A stretch of 64,000 bases of DNA from positions 27,845 to 91,844 of IMG/VR virus record IMGVR_UViG_2802429052_000001. The stretch is one strand, 5' to 3'. Positions 1-9,130 of this stretch are shown here, one piece after another. A model generated the notes under the pieces. That model ran no database searches and had not been told where the DNA came from. It worked only from the letters and a program-made list of their open reading frames with translations. The DNA is from a virus (lineage: Duplodnaviria > Heunggongvirae > Uroviricota > Caudoviricetes). Both the position numbers and the translations under genes were made by a program. The number at the start of each line of letters is the position of its first letter. The stretch's first letter is position 1.

Positions 1-1286
1 AGCAGCCGAAGGCGTGGATGCTGCTCGCGCAGGCTGATCACGGGATCTTGCTGACAATGGCGGCGAATCTACTTCGGTTGCAGCTGACCAACATTGACAT
101 CGGCACCCTGTTCAAACTGCTCGACCCGGCCAACTGGAACATTCCCGAGCTGGTCGACACATTCCTCAACATCTGGCAGCAGTCGCAAATCGTCATCGTG
201 CCACGCACGTTCGGCGATTCGGTGGCCCCGCTGTCGCTGGTCGTCGGCAGCATCAAGACATCGATCTTCGACGTGGCCGCGCCGATCATGGAAGACGCAG
301 AGCTGCAATGGGATCTGAGGCGCTGGAAGACCGGCGACCCCGAACCGTGGCCTGGCGCAGGCACCAACTGGCGCAACGGCACCCTGTTCGTCCGCATCGT
401 CGACAAGTCCGGTTTCCGCACCGGCACGTCCATCGGCGGCAACCTGGCTACGGGCCTGACTCGCACAATCGCCGATGTGCTGTCGAACCATGTCGAGGAC
501 AGCTACGACCTGTTTACCGGGGACACGATCGACGAGACCGGCTACCGACTGCCCGGCATCCTCGGCACCGAGGCCGCGCACCCCTACGTGACGTACCGCG
601 ACGGCGACATCACCGGCATTCAAACATCGAACTTCTCACGCTCACCCGGTGGGGCAGGGCGTATCACTGTGGGCGGGCAGTCAATGCCCGGCGTGAACGA
701 ATTGATCAGTGCAGCAATTCAATACGGTGGCGATGTTCTGGGGGACAACATCTCGGCCACTATCAGTCTTGCCGTCGGTTTCAACATCAGCGTCGGCTCA
801 CTCGGTGGCGCGATCGATTCGTTTCTCAACCCGATCTACCGCGATTCGATCCTGGCGTTCATGTCGGTACCGCTGCTGTTGCGGACAAGTCGGCAGGGCT
901 GGGGTCACTACCTGGAGACCACGAGTACGAATGTCACACAGGCATTTACTGCGGCCTCGACGATGGATCTGCGCCGACGTCGGCGCGAGACCGACCCCGA
1001 CACCTCGTTCACGCTGACCGTCGCCAACGCTGCGCCGTGGCTGATCGGCGACAACGGCTTTGGGCACTGGTGGAACGGAGATCGGGTCGGCGGCACCAGC
1101 AAGTACCTCATGCCGCGGGTATTCGTGCGCCGCTGCCGCTCCCTGGACATCACCTGGGGTCAGGGCAGAGCGCTGGCAGTCGAGGGCACCTTCGGGGATA
1201 CCCGCCAGGAGAAGGACGCGATCGAGCGCATGGCCGAACTGATGAGCCGCACCATGAGCGGCCTGCAACAGATAGGACTGTGGTGA
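1..1286 (+). CDS. Minor tail protein (5' end outside window)
   Basis: ORF open to window start; weak similarity to C-terminal part of the 568-aa minor tail protein of prophage B; upstream of other tail genes. Confidence 0.55.
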   Translation, partial: QPKAWMLLAQADHGILLTMAANLLRLQLTNIDIGTLFKLLDPANWNIPELVDTFLNIWQQSQIVIVPRTFGDSVAPLSLVVGSIKTSIFDVAAPIMEDAELQWDLRRWKTGDPEPWPGAGTNWRNGTLFVRIVDKSGFRTGTSIGGNLATGLTRTIADVLSNHVEDSYDLFTGDTIDETGYRLPGILGTEAAHPYVTYRDGDITGIQTSNFSRSPGGAGRITVGGQSMPGVNELISAAIQYGGDVLGDNISATISLAVGFNISVGSLGGAIDSFLNPIYRDSILAFMSVPLLLRTSRQGWGHYLETTSTNVTQAFTAASTMDLRRRRRETDPDTSFTLTVANAAPWLIGDNGFGHWWNGDRVGGTSKYLMPRVFVRRCRSLDITWGQGRALAVEGTFGDTRQEKDAIERMAELMSRTMSGLQQIGLW

Positions 1287-1699
1287 CAGAGGGTATCTCT
1301 CCGGAAGAGGCAAAAGCACTAGCCGACAAGGTTGTCGAATCGGAGTTCATTCCGAAGAAGATCCCGGCCGCTGATGACATCGACGGCCAGGTCAAGGCCC
1401 TGGGCGGTGCGCTGGCCTCGGCGCTGCTGACTGCGACCGAGTTGCCGTTGACGGTGATGCAGCCAGTTGTCGCCGACCTGGCAACTCAGCTTGTCGCCCT
1501 GGGCATCCGGCAGACCGAGCACATTGACCCCGCTGCGGTGCACGCGCCGGCCTGGATCACCGATGGGGTACGCCAGGAATCGATCAAGCTGCCCGAGCAG
1601 CCCCAACACACCGAAGCCGATCCGCATGTGGAGATGACCGCCACCGCGCCCAAGTGCCCCAAGCGCATACCCAAGGCAGCCCGGGCGGTGCGGCGGTGA
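1283..1699 (+). CDS. Hypothetical protein (138 aa), GTG start
   Basis: GTG start overlapping upstream stop (GTGA); the downstream gene's GTG also overlaps its stop (GTGA). Confidence 0.4.
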   Translation: MTEGISPEEAKALADKVVESEFIPKKIPAADDIDGQVKALGGALASALLTATELPLTVMQPVVADLATQLVALGIRQTEHIDPAAVHAPAWITDGVRQESIKLPEQPQHTEADPHVEMTATAPKCPKRIPKAARAVRR

Positions 1700-4380
1700 C
1701 CACCCCCGGCGGTGTGTCCAACCTTCCCGTTGGCGCACTGACAGTCGAGACTCTGGCTGAGAAGCTGCAGAACTTGACGCCCGCGGCGATGCGCAACCGC
1801 GCCGCCGAACGCATGCCCGGCACGTTCCACGGCTCCACCGGCGGTGACCCGCTGCAAGACCTGACGCCGTTCGGGATCTTGACGAAGCTGTTCGCCGGAT
1901 TCAATTCCCACGTCGCCAACGCTGACCCGAACGATATTCAGGGCCCCGAAGACCTGCCCGGACTGCTGCTGGACTTCATCGAAAGCCTGCCCGTGGTCGG
2001 CCAGTTCGTTGGTTTGGCCGAGGCGATCATGGGCACCTACGACGGCGACGACGAGACACTGTTGGCGATTCAACAGATCTTCATGCCGATACGCCGGCTG
2101 CTCCAGCTCGCCTCTGGACAGGACGTTGGCTGGCCCACCCTAGAAGAGATTGAAGAGGGTTGGGGCAACCTGTTCGCGGCTATCGCCAAGGCGGTCAGCC
2201 AGTTCTTCAAGGGCGTCATCCCCGCGGCGTGGGTTGCTGATGTCCAGAAGGATCTGACTGACGGTGCCGGCGGATTCACCGACCCGTCGGTGGTCGACGA
2301 TAACCCGGACTGGCACTACGACGCCGCGCAGAACGGGCACCTGTCGGGCAAGTCGATCTACGTCAACGCCGACGGCCATCTGTACGCGATCAGCGTCAAA
2401 GACCCCTTCGAGGTGGCGCCGGGCCAGACCGTCGATATGGCGGCCTCGGCGATGTGGCAGGGCCTCACGGCCACGGCGGGGTCCAATCCGATTCGGCTGT
2501 GCATCACGCCCTTCGGCCCGGACGGCACCAAGCTGCCCGATATCGTCATCAAGCAGATACAGCCGATGGCCGCGGACTCGGCATGGGTGCGCGCCAGCCT
2601 GACTGGCTCATGGACCGTCCCGGCCGATGGTTCGATCAAGTGGGCAACGGTGACATTGGTGGTCACCGAGGGCGCCTCGGGTGGGCCGGTCCATTTCTCG
2701 AACGTCGCCTCGGCGATGTCAAACCTGGGACCGGTGCTGGGTAAGTTCAGATCGTTCTTCGATGCCATTGGTGGACAAGCCAACTCGGGTATCGTGCAGT
2801 TCGAGCAGCGATTCGCCGCGATCACCGCCGACGGCAAAATCACCGCCTCGGAACTGTTGGGCCTAATCGGCCTAGGCAACATTCCGACGTTGCCCCAGGT
2901 CAAGATCCAAGACCTGCAAACCACGTTCAATCAGTTGGGTGACATCTACAACGGCTTGGTGGTAACGCCGATCAACGGATTCGTCGCGGCCATCGCAACG
3001 TGGTTCGGAACCAACAAGGACAAGACCCAGAAACTCACCAGCGGCGGAACCCTGTCCGTCGGAGATGTCGTCGGCAATTTCGATATGAGCCGGGTCGACG
3101 ATCTTGTCGACAACCTCGGCAACATCCTGTCCGGGGTCAAGGACGGCGCCGACGGCGTAGGCACCGGCACCACGGGCGCCATCGGGGACCGCATCAACCA
3201 AGCCAAGGACTCGCTACTGGCGCTACTGGGCCTGTCTCAAGATGCGCTCAAAAGCGCTATCGCCGCACAGACCACGTTGCAAGAGCAGGAGACCGAGCAG
3301 AACACCGGCGACGGCAACAGCTACAGCTTCGTGTTCTCCGGGGCCGACGGTGCCGCACTGAATACGACCGATTGGACCACCGGCCCCACGCCCGGCGATA
3401 TCACCATTCGGGGCGACTCGGGATATGCGGGCGTCAAGAACGGCAACCCTGACGGTTACTTTTTCGCCAGCCCCAACTACACCTATGCCAGCGACGGACA
3501 GTCGGCCTCATTCGTGCTCGGCAACACCCAAAACGGAAACTACTACTCCGGGGTGTTCATTCGCTGCAACGCCGATCGCACCACGGGCGCCTACTGCCTG
3601 GCCAAAGAGGGCGAGGTCCGCGTCGGCAAGTTCACCCGCTCAGGTACCAGCTGGACGTTCGCTACACCGATGACCTTTCAAGGCGGGCTCTCGTCAGTCA
3701 AACAGGGTGCCCGTATCGAAATTCGTTGCAGCGGCAACAACTTCTTTGTTCGCGTGAACGGCAAGCCGGCCACCTCCGCGACCGATGTCGCGGGCACCAT
3801 CGCCGCCGGGCCGGACTATCGATACGCCATGTTCTGTGTTCAGCGCGCAACGTCGTGGTTCACCTACGACTCCTACCGCATCGCAGCATTCGCCATGTCC
3901 GATTACAGCCCCTCGGGAGGTAGTGCCACCTTGTCGAACGCGTGGAGCCTAACCCGCTCGTCCACTTCAGGTTTCACCTACACCGACCCCATCACCTCAG
4001 CGGGCCAGCTACCGGCGTCGTTCTTCACCTTCACCGACTACGCCAATGGCGCCACCATCACCGACCTTGGCCGAGGCGCGGTGACCGTGGACCAAGCCGG
4101 GCTCTACAAGCTGGCGACCACCTGCCGCCCATACTCGGCCAAGGGGCCGGTCACCCCGCATTGGTGCCTGTACCGCAACGACGTTCAGGTCACCGGAGCC
4201 ATCGGCCCCGGCGCCGAATTCGAGATCCTGCTCAACGCGGGCGACAAGATCCAACCCGCCCTGATCGTCGTCGATTACGACGTGCGCTCAAACGGCTCCA
4301 CCGGCTCGGAAACCGTTGTCTCGCGCACCATCACCCAAGTATTCGGCGTGGCCTCCTTCACCGGCCGAAAACTCATCTAA
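1696..4380 (+). CDS. Minor tail protein, large (about 894 aa), likely receptor-binding
   Basis: About 80% identity over the N-terminal two-thirds to B 23894..26341; C-terminal beta-rich domain divergent; GTG start with GTGA overlap. Confidence 0.75.
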   Translation: MTTPGGVSNLPVGALTVETLAEKLQNLTPAAMRNRAAERMPGTFHGSTGGDPLQDLTPFGILTKLFAGFNSHVANADPNDIQGPEDLPGLLLDFIESLPVVGQFVGLAEAIMGTYDGDDETLLAIQQIFMPIRRLLQLASGQDVGWPTLEEIEEGWGNLFAAIAKAVSQFFKGVIPAAWVADVQKDLTDGAGGFTDPSVVDDNPDWHYDAAQNGHLSGKSIYVNADGHLYAISVKDPFEVAPGQTVDMAASAMWQGLTATAGSNPIRLCITPFGPDGTKLPDIVIKQIQPMAADSAWVRASLTGSWTVPADGSIKWATVTLVVTEGASGGPVHFSNVASAMSNLGPVLGKFRSFFDAIGGQANSGIVQFEQRFAAITADGKITASELLGLIGLGNIPTLPQVKIQDLQTTFNQLGDIYNGLVVTPINGFVAAIATWFGTNKDKTQKLTSGGTLSVGDVVGNFDMSRVDDLVDNLGNILSGVKDGADGVGTGTTGAIGDRINQAKDSLLALLGLSQDALKSAIAAQTTLQEQETEQNTGDGNSYSFVFSGADGAALNTTDWTTGPTPGDITIRGDSGYAGVKNGNPDGYFFASPNYTYASDGQSASFVLGNTQNGNYYSGVFIRCNADRTTGAYCLAKEGEVRVGKFTRSGTSWTFATPMTFQGGLSSVKQGARIEIRCSGNNFFVRVNGKPATSATDVAGTIAAGPDYRYAMFCVQRATSWFTYDSYRIAAFAMSDYSPSGGSATLSNAWSLTRSSTSGFTYTDPITSAGQLPASFFTFTDYANGATITDLGRGAVTVDQAGLYKLATTCRPYSAKGPVTPHWCLYRNDVQVTGAIGPGAEFEILLNAGDKIQPALIVVDYDVRSNGSTGSETVVSRTITQVFGVASFTGRKLI

Positions 4381-4402
4381 CACACCACAGGAGAACTCAC
4401 CC

Positions 4403-4708
4403 ATGACCACGCCCGAAGCACCAGCCACCGTCGATGACAACGAGGATCTGACAGACCCCCCGGCCCCCTCGCCCACCCCGGATCCACCCGCGCCAGAACT
4501 GCCGCAAGAACCGCCCACGCCACCCCAGGCGGCGCAGATCCCCGAGCCGAGCACCACGTTCACCATGCCCGAGCTGCCCGGAATCACCTTCGCTGTCGTG
4601 CGTGGCGGCTTGGACATCGACGGCAAGCTCAACCCGTCTTGGATTCAGATCACCGGCACTGACAGCGAGGGTGCGATAGTGTCCCGCATAGGATTCGCCG
4701 GGCCCTAA
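4403..4708 (+). CDS. Small proline-rich tail-associated protein
   Basis: AGGAG RBS upstream of ATG; PxP-rich N-terminus; within tail gene block. Confidence 0.5.
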   Translation: MTTPEAPATVDDNEDLTDPPAPSPTPDPPAPELPQEPPTPPQAAQIPEPSTTFTMPELPGITFAVVRGGLDIDGKLNPSWIQITGTDSEGAIVSRIGFAGP

Positions 4709-4709
4709 C

Positions 4710-5864
4710 GTGCCCTGGTCCACCAGCCCGACCGTTGCCGCCACGCGGTCGGGCGGTAAGTGGTCGGTCAATCCGGCCGTGCCAGCTCCCGCACCAAACG
4801 GCCGGTGGCACGCCATCATCGGGATCGACGCCGCACTGGCAGTGATGTGTGTCGGCGAGGTCGAGCTGACCGCCATGCAAGCCATGGGCGTGGTCTTGTC
4901 GGTACACCTTGACCGCGAGCTGGCGTTGGCCGCTGTGTACCAGCTGGCCGCGCAACGCTCGATCCTCATCACTCGCAACCTTGCGCTACAGGCCACATTC
5001 CAACAAGACCTCGCGCTGGCCGTCACCATGGAACGGGCCCTGTTCCTGGCCAAGGTCATCGGGTGCGGCCTCGCACAGGCCGTGAGCATGACCGGCACCC
5101 TCGACCTGGCCCGGGTAGCCCCGATCGACCTGACGCGCAACCTCACGGCGCCGCGCTCGATCAGTTTCGACAAACTGCTACCCGTCGACCTGACACGCAC
5201 CGTCTCGATGTCCTCGGCGCTGGCGATCGAGCGCGTCGCCAAGATCGACGCCGCACTGACGGTAACCATGACGCGGGCATGCAGCCTCGGTTATCCGCCA
5301 GGCGGGCTGCCCACGCTGGCCACCTACACCACGGCCGGGGCGTTCACTCACAACATCGTGCGCAACTGCGACTTCATGGACTGCGTTGGGTGCGGTGCCG
5401 GAGGCGGCGGGGGTGGCGGTGACGGCGGCCTGGGCAGCACCGGACAGGGCGGCCGTAAAGGCGCATGGAACGCGCGCACCGTGGCCCGCAACATCGACAT
5501 CCCCGGCTCCGCATTGACCCTGACCGGCATGGTGGGCGCGCCCGGAGCCGCGGGGGCCAAGGAGAAAGACGGCGGCGCCGGCGGTGACACCACATTCCTG
5601 ATCAACGGAATCACCACCACGTGTGCCGGCGGCGCCGGCGGTAAAGGCGCCTACGCCGGCAACGGACTCAACCAGCCCGGCGAGGCTGCGGGCAACACCA
5701 CCCTCAACGGCCAGACCTACACCGGCGGCGCACAGGCAGGCACCAACACCAACGGCAACTCACCCGGAGGTGGCGGCGGCCCCGGCTCGGGCGGCGCCTT
5801 CGGAATCGCCAACCCCGGACGCCTCGGCGGAACGGGCATAGCACATATCCGGTCCTACCAATAG
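4710..5864 (+). CDS. Minor tail protein with glycine-rich (collagen-like) C-terminus
   Basis: N-terminus MPWST matches B 22839..23894; poly-Gly tracts GGGGGGGDGG. Confidence 0.65.
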   Translation: MPWSTSPTVAATRSGGKWSVNPAVPAPAPNGRWHAIIGIDAALAVMCVGEVELTAMQAMGVVLSVHLDRELALAAVYQLAAQRSILITRNLALQATFQQDLALAVTMERALFLAKVIGCGLAQAVSMTGTLDLARVAPIDLTRNLTAPRSISFDKLLPVDLTRTVSMSSALAIERVAKIDAALTVTMTRACSLGYPPGGLPTLATYTTAGAFTHNIVRNCDFMDCVGCGAGGGGGGGDGGLGSTGQGGRKGAWNARTVARNIDIPGSALTLTGMVGAPGAAGAKEKDGGAGGDTTFLINGITTTCAGGAGGKGAYAGNGLNQPGEAAGNTTLNGQTYTGGAQAGTNTNGNSPGGGGGPGSGGAFGIANPGRLGGTGIAHIRSYQ

Positions 5865-5878
5865 AAGGGAAAACCATT

Positions 5879-6262
5879 ATGGCATGGGGAATTTCGTCCT
5901 ACCTGGCGAACAAACTGCTCGATCACATCTGCCGCAACGTCGCCTACACACCACCGGCAACCGTGTACGCCAAGATGCACACCGGCGATCCCGGCGCGAA
6001 CGGAACGGCTAACGCATCCTCGGTGGCCACCCGCTACGCCTGCGCGTTCAACGCGGCGGCAGCCGGGTCGATCAGCCAATCCAACACCCCCGAGCACACT
6101 CTCGGCGCCACGGAAACCATTGCCGGGGTGTCATTCTGGGATCACCCCACGGCCGGGAACTTCTTGTGGTCATCGCAGGCCGCCGCCTCCAAGTCCGGTG
6201 CCAGCGGCGACATCATCCGCATCAACACCGACACCCTCGCACTCGGCCCGCTGGCGGCATGA
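5879..6262 (+). CDS. Minor tail protein (127 aa)
   Basis: RBS-like GAAGGGAAAA upstream; loosely similar to B 21979..22341; last tail gene before lysis cassette. Confidence 0.5.
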   Translation: MAWGISSYLANKLLDHICRNVAYTPPATVYAKMHTGDPGANGTANASSVATRYACAFNAAAAGSISQSNTPEHTLGATETIAGVSFWDHPTAGNFLWSSQAAASKSGASGDIIRINTDTLALGPLAA

Positions 6263-6405
6263 TGCGCCGCCAGCTGCTCATCTATCCGGCCCTCTACCTC
6301 GCCGTGTTCGCCGTCGCGTTCCGCCTCGGCTGGTGGGCATCCGACCAGCTCTCTTCCTACGCACAAGAAATCGACCCACGCATCGAAAAGGAGTACACCC
6401 GATGA
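6259..6405 (+). CDS. Small membrane protein (48 aa) translationally coupled to lysin A
   Basis: ATGA overlaps at both ends; one TM helix; close homolog at B 21833..21976. Confidence 0.5.
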   Translation: MMRRQLLIYPALYLAVFAVAFRLGWWASDQLSSYAQEIDPRIEKEYTR

Positions 6406-7091
6406 CCACCGTGATCACGAAACTCAAGGCCCGCGAGGTTGACAACTTCTGTCGCGCCCGCCGCGGCTTGCCGTACGCATTCGGTGGCGCATTCAGTACC
6501 GACCCGAAGCGCTCCACCGACTGCTCGGGTCTGGTATTGCAGACCGGCGCGCTGCTGATGGGGCGCACCGACTGGTCCGGAAACCGCTACGGCTCAACGG
6601 AATCGTTCCGCTTGAACTACCCGATTGTTTTCGACATCGGGTTCAAGCGACTGCCCGCCGGCGGCGTGAAGGCGTTGGGTTTTGCGCCGATCATGCTCGT
6701 CGGGTTACAGCACGGCGGCGGCGGCGAATACAGCCACACCGCGTGCACACTGTTCTACGCCGATGCTCCCGGCGGTGAGATCAAACAGTCGGTGCGCGGT
6801 ATTGACTGGGAGAGCCACGGAAACCGCAACGGCGTCGGAGTCGACTACTACGACAACGCCCGCGCCTGGAATGACCCGCTGTTCAGCGACTTCTGGTACC
6901 TGGATGCCAAGCTCGAAACCGCTGCCACCCCTGCAACGCCACAGCCTGTCATCGTGGGGCCCGCTGACGATCAGCTCAACATGCAGTGGAACTGCCTCGG
7001 CGGCCAAACCCTCGTCGAGGCCGTCGCCCAGATCCGAGACAAGGTGTGCGGCACCGCAGATCGCAGCAAGGCCGGGGTGGTGCTCCGATGA
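6402..7091 (+). CDS. lysA: Lysin A, NlpC/P60-type cysteine peptidase
   Basis: DCSGLV catalytic Cys context, conserved His downstream; AAAGGAG RBS; upstream of lysin B. Confidence 0.7.
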   Translation: MTTVITKLKAREVDNFCRARRGLPYAFGGAFSTDPKRSTDCSGLVLQTGALLMGRTDWSGNRYGSTESFRLNYPIVFDIGFKRLPAGGVKALGFAPIMLVGLQHGGGGEYSHTACTLFYADAPGGEIKQSVRGIDWESHGNRNGVGVDYYDNARAWNDPLFSDFWYLDAKLETAATPATPQPVIVGPADDQLNMQWNCLGGQTLVEAVAQIRDKVCGTADRSKAGVVLR

Positions 7092-8323
7092 GCGCGCGGC
7101 TTCCGCTCAAGCCCGGGTCTTCGGATGCGCGCGGTGACGACGTGTCGCACTGGCAGCGGTGGGGCAAGCAGTACGCCTCGGCGTACGGAGACCTCATGGG
7201 TCCGGTGGACGGGTACTACGGAAACGGTGATGCCGCGTTCACCCGAGAGATGCAGCGCCGACTCGGATTACCGCAGACCGGTGTATTCGATGAGCTGACC
7301 GCCAGCCGGGTCGGCTATGGCGGCACCGTGGCTCCACGCCCGCGCCGCAAGATCTGGTTGTATTCCTCGCCGGGCTCGGGAGCAGATTGGAACGTGGGTC
7401 CGAGCTTCGCCCTCGGCGAGTGGTGCAAGGACGTGCTCAAGATCAACCATCAACCGCTGTCATTCCAAAAGGGCGGCTACCTCGGACTGCTCGGCGGCGA
7501 TGCGAAATTCAGCTACAACGAGGTCACCTACGACCAGTACAAGTCGCTGCAGTACTGCCTCGACCACAACCCCGACATCAACGACCCGGATCTCGAGCTG
7601 TGGTTTTCCGGCTACTCGCAATCGGCCGACGGCATGGAGGACGCACTCGAAATCCTGTTCGGCGACGGCGGTTTCATCCATCCCGGCGACCCGACGCGGA
7701 CACCTTCGCCTCCCGGCAAGTACCGGCATCTGCGCGACCGGATCAACGGCGTGGTCCAGTTCGGCAACCCCTCGACACCCGTCACGGGCATCGCCCGCAA
7801 GGCGCGGCCCGCGTGGCTGGCCAAGCTGGTGCGCAACGTCAACGCCCGGAACGACTTCTACGCCGTCGCGCCAGACAACATCCGCCCGGCGTTCTATGCG
7901 ATCATCGTGCAGGCCGAGCTGGAGCTGCCGTTCTTCGTACACGTACTGCGCATCGCGGTACCCATCATCACCGACTGGGCCACCGCGGCGCTGCCAATCA
8001 TCGGCCCGCTACTCGGCGGGTTCGGCCCCATGGCGCAAATGGGCCTGGGCATGATCTCCGGTCTACAGGGGATGGGGCAGAACCCCCTCTTTGGCAACCT
8101 CATGGGCCAGGCCGGATCCTCGCGCGATACCAAGGTCGACGACGATCTGCGCCGGCTGCTCTCGCCCACCGGAGTACTACAGAACATCCCCGGCCTCATC
8201 GCCCTCATCGCTGCACTACCCGGCCTACAAGCACACGGCGAATACCACCTGCCCAAACCCGAGTTCGGCGGCCGGGACGGCATCGCGGTCGCCTACGACA
8301 TCATCGCCGGATTCCGCCGATAA
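7088..8323 (+). CDS. lysB: Lysin B, mycolylarabinogalactan esterase (cutinase-like) with N-terminal peptidoglycan-binding domain
   Basis: PG-binding-like N-terminus, GYSQS serine-esterase motif, ATGA coupling to lysA; hydrophobic Gly/Met-rich C-terminal extension. Confidence 0.65.
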   Translation: MSARLPLKPGSSDARGDDVSHWQRWGKQYASAYGDLMGPVDGYYGNGDAAFTREMQRRLGLPQTGVFDELTASRVGYGGTVAPRPRRKIWLYSSPGSGADWNVGPSFALGEWCKDVLKINHQPLSFQKGGYLGLLGGDAKFSYNEVTYDQYKSLQYCLDHNPDINDPDLELWFSGYSQSADGMEDALEILFGDGGFIHPGDPTRTPSPPGKYRHLRDRINGVVQFGNPSTPVTGIARKARPAWLAKLVRNVNARNDFYAVAPDNIRPAFYAIIVQAELELPFFVHVLRIAVPIITDWATAALPIIGPLLGGFGPMAQMGLGMISGLQGMGQNPLFGNLMGQAGSSRDTKVDDDLRRLLSPTGVLQNIPGLIALIAALPGLQAHGEYHLPKPEFGGRDGIAVAYDIIAGFRR

Positions 8324-8498
8324 GCCTGGCATAGCTGGACTAGCCCGGACGGTCGAGCACGTGAAGTAGTCCACCCAAAACCCCAGCACAACGGCAGTGG
8401 TGGACGAAATAGCCGAAAACATACCGGGATCTATACCGGGCTACTCATGACCTGCACTGTTTCCGGTTTTGATCACGAAAATGAGAGGACAACCAACC

Positions 8499-8711
8499 AT
8501 GCCCAACGACAACGTACGCCTGGCAATCCACGCTGCGAGTCTGCTCGTCTTCATTATCGCGGTGGCAGTGCTCGTCGCTCTCGATAAGCTCCAGAGTGGC
8601 GATGGCCTGACGTGGATCGTCACCGGCGCCGGTCTCATCACAGCCGGGCTCTCCACAACCAAGATGATTCAGGACCGGCGCGGCAACGGGCCGGACGGGT
8701 CGGCTCAGTGA
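8499..8711 (+). CDS. Holin-like membrane protein (2 TM)
   Basis: Two hydrophobic helices, charged C-terminus, GAGGA RBS, position after lysins. Confidence 0.5.
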   Translation: MPNDNVRLAIHAASLLVFIIAVAVLVALDKLQSGDGLTWIVTGAGLITAGLSTTKMIQDRRGNGPDGSAQ

Positions 8712-9070
8712 TCCTGCCATCAATCCCGATCACCGAATGGCCCCCACTGCCTCCGCTGGCCCGCGACGGATGGGAACTGGCCACCTGGATCGTCATCGCC
8801 CTGGTCGTGCTCGTCCTCGGCCTGTACCGCAAGGATCTTCGCGCCGTGCTCCACCAGGTCAAGAACAGCCACAAGACCAACCTCCGCGACGACGTGGACG
8901 GAGTTGGTGACCGACTCGACGACGTGCTCGACCGGCTCGAAGAGTTCGGCCGCGACCTGCGCGGAATGCGCTCCGATATCGGCGGCCTACGCGGCGAGTT
9001 GAGAGAAGAACGCAAGGACCGCTTAGCATTCGAGCACCAGGTAACAGAGAAGCTGCGCGACTCAAACTAG
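8708..9070 (+). CDS. Membrane-anchored coiled-coil protein (holin/lysis regulator candidate)
   Basis: GTGA overlap with upstream holin; TM helix then charged coiled coil with DIGGLRGE motif shared with B 18991..19353. Confidence 0.5.
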   Translation: MILPSIPITEWPPLPPLARDGWELATWIVIALVVLVLGLYRKDLRAVLHQVKNSHKTNLRDDVDGVGDRLDDVLDRLEEFGRDLRGMRSDIGGLRGELREERKDRLAFEHQVTEKLRDSN

Positions 9071-9082
9071 CCGACCGGAAAC

Positions 9083-9117
9083 GGCCCTGCTCAAATCCAC
9101 TGAGCAGGGGCGTTTTT
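9083..9117. terminator. Rho-independent terminator between convergent lysis operon and toxin cassette
   Basis: GC hairpin CCCTGCTCA..TGAGCAGGG followed by TTTTT. Confidence 0.55.
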
Positions 9118-9130
9118 CGCCGTCTATCGG

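Noticed and set aside
308-1699. Long Arg/His-rich ORF (463 aa) overlapping the first tail gene
   Set aside because: Alternative-frame artefact typical of 65% GC DNA. Extreme Arg content and no start context. Only its last 138 codons (1283..1699) form a plausible GTG-initiated gene.
4397-5269. 290-aa minus-strand ORF antisense to tail genes
   Set aside because: Antisense to well-supported, translationally coupled plus-strand genes. Arg/Ala-rich composition.
5380-5460. GGC/GGT simple-sequence repeat
   Set aside because: It is the poly-Gly coding tract of a minor tail protein, not a noncoding microsatellite.
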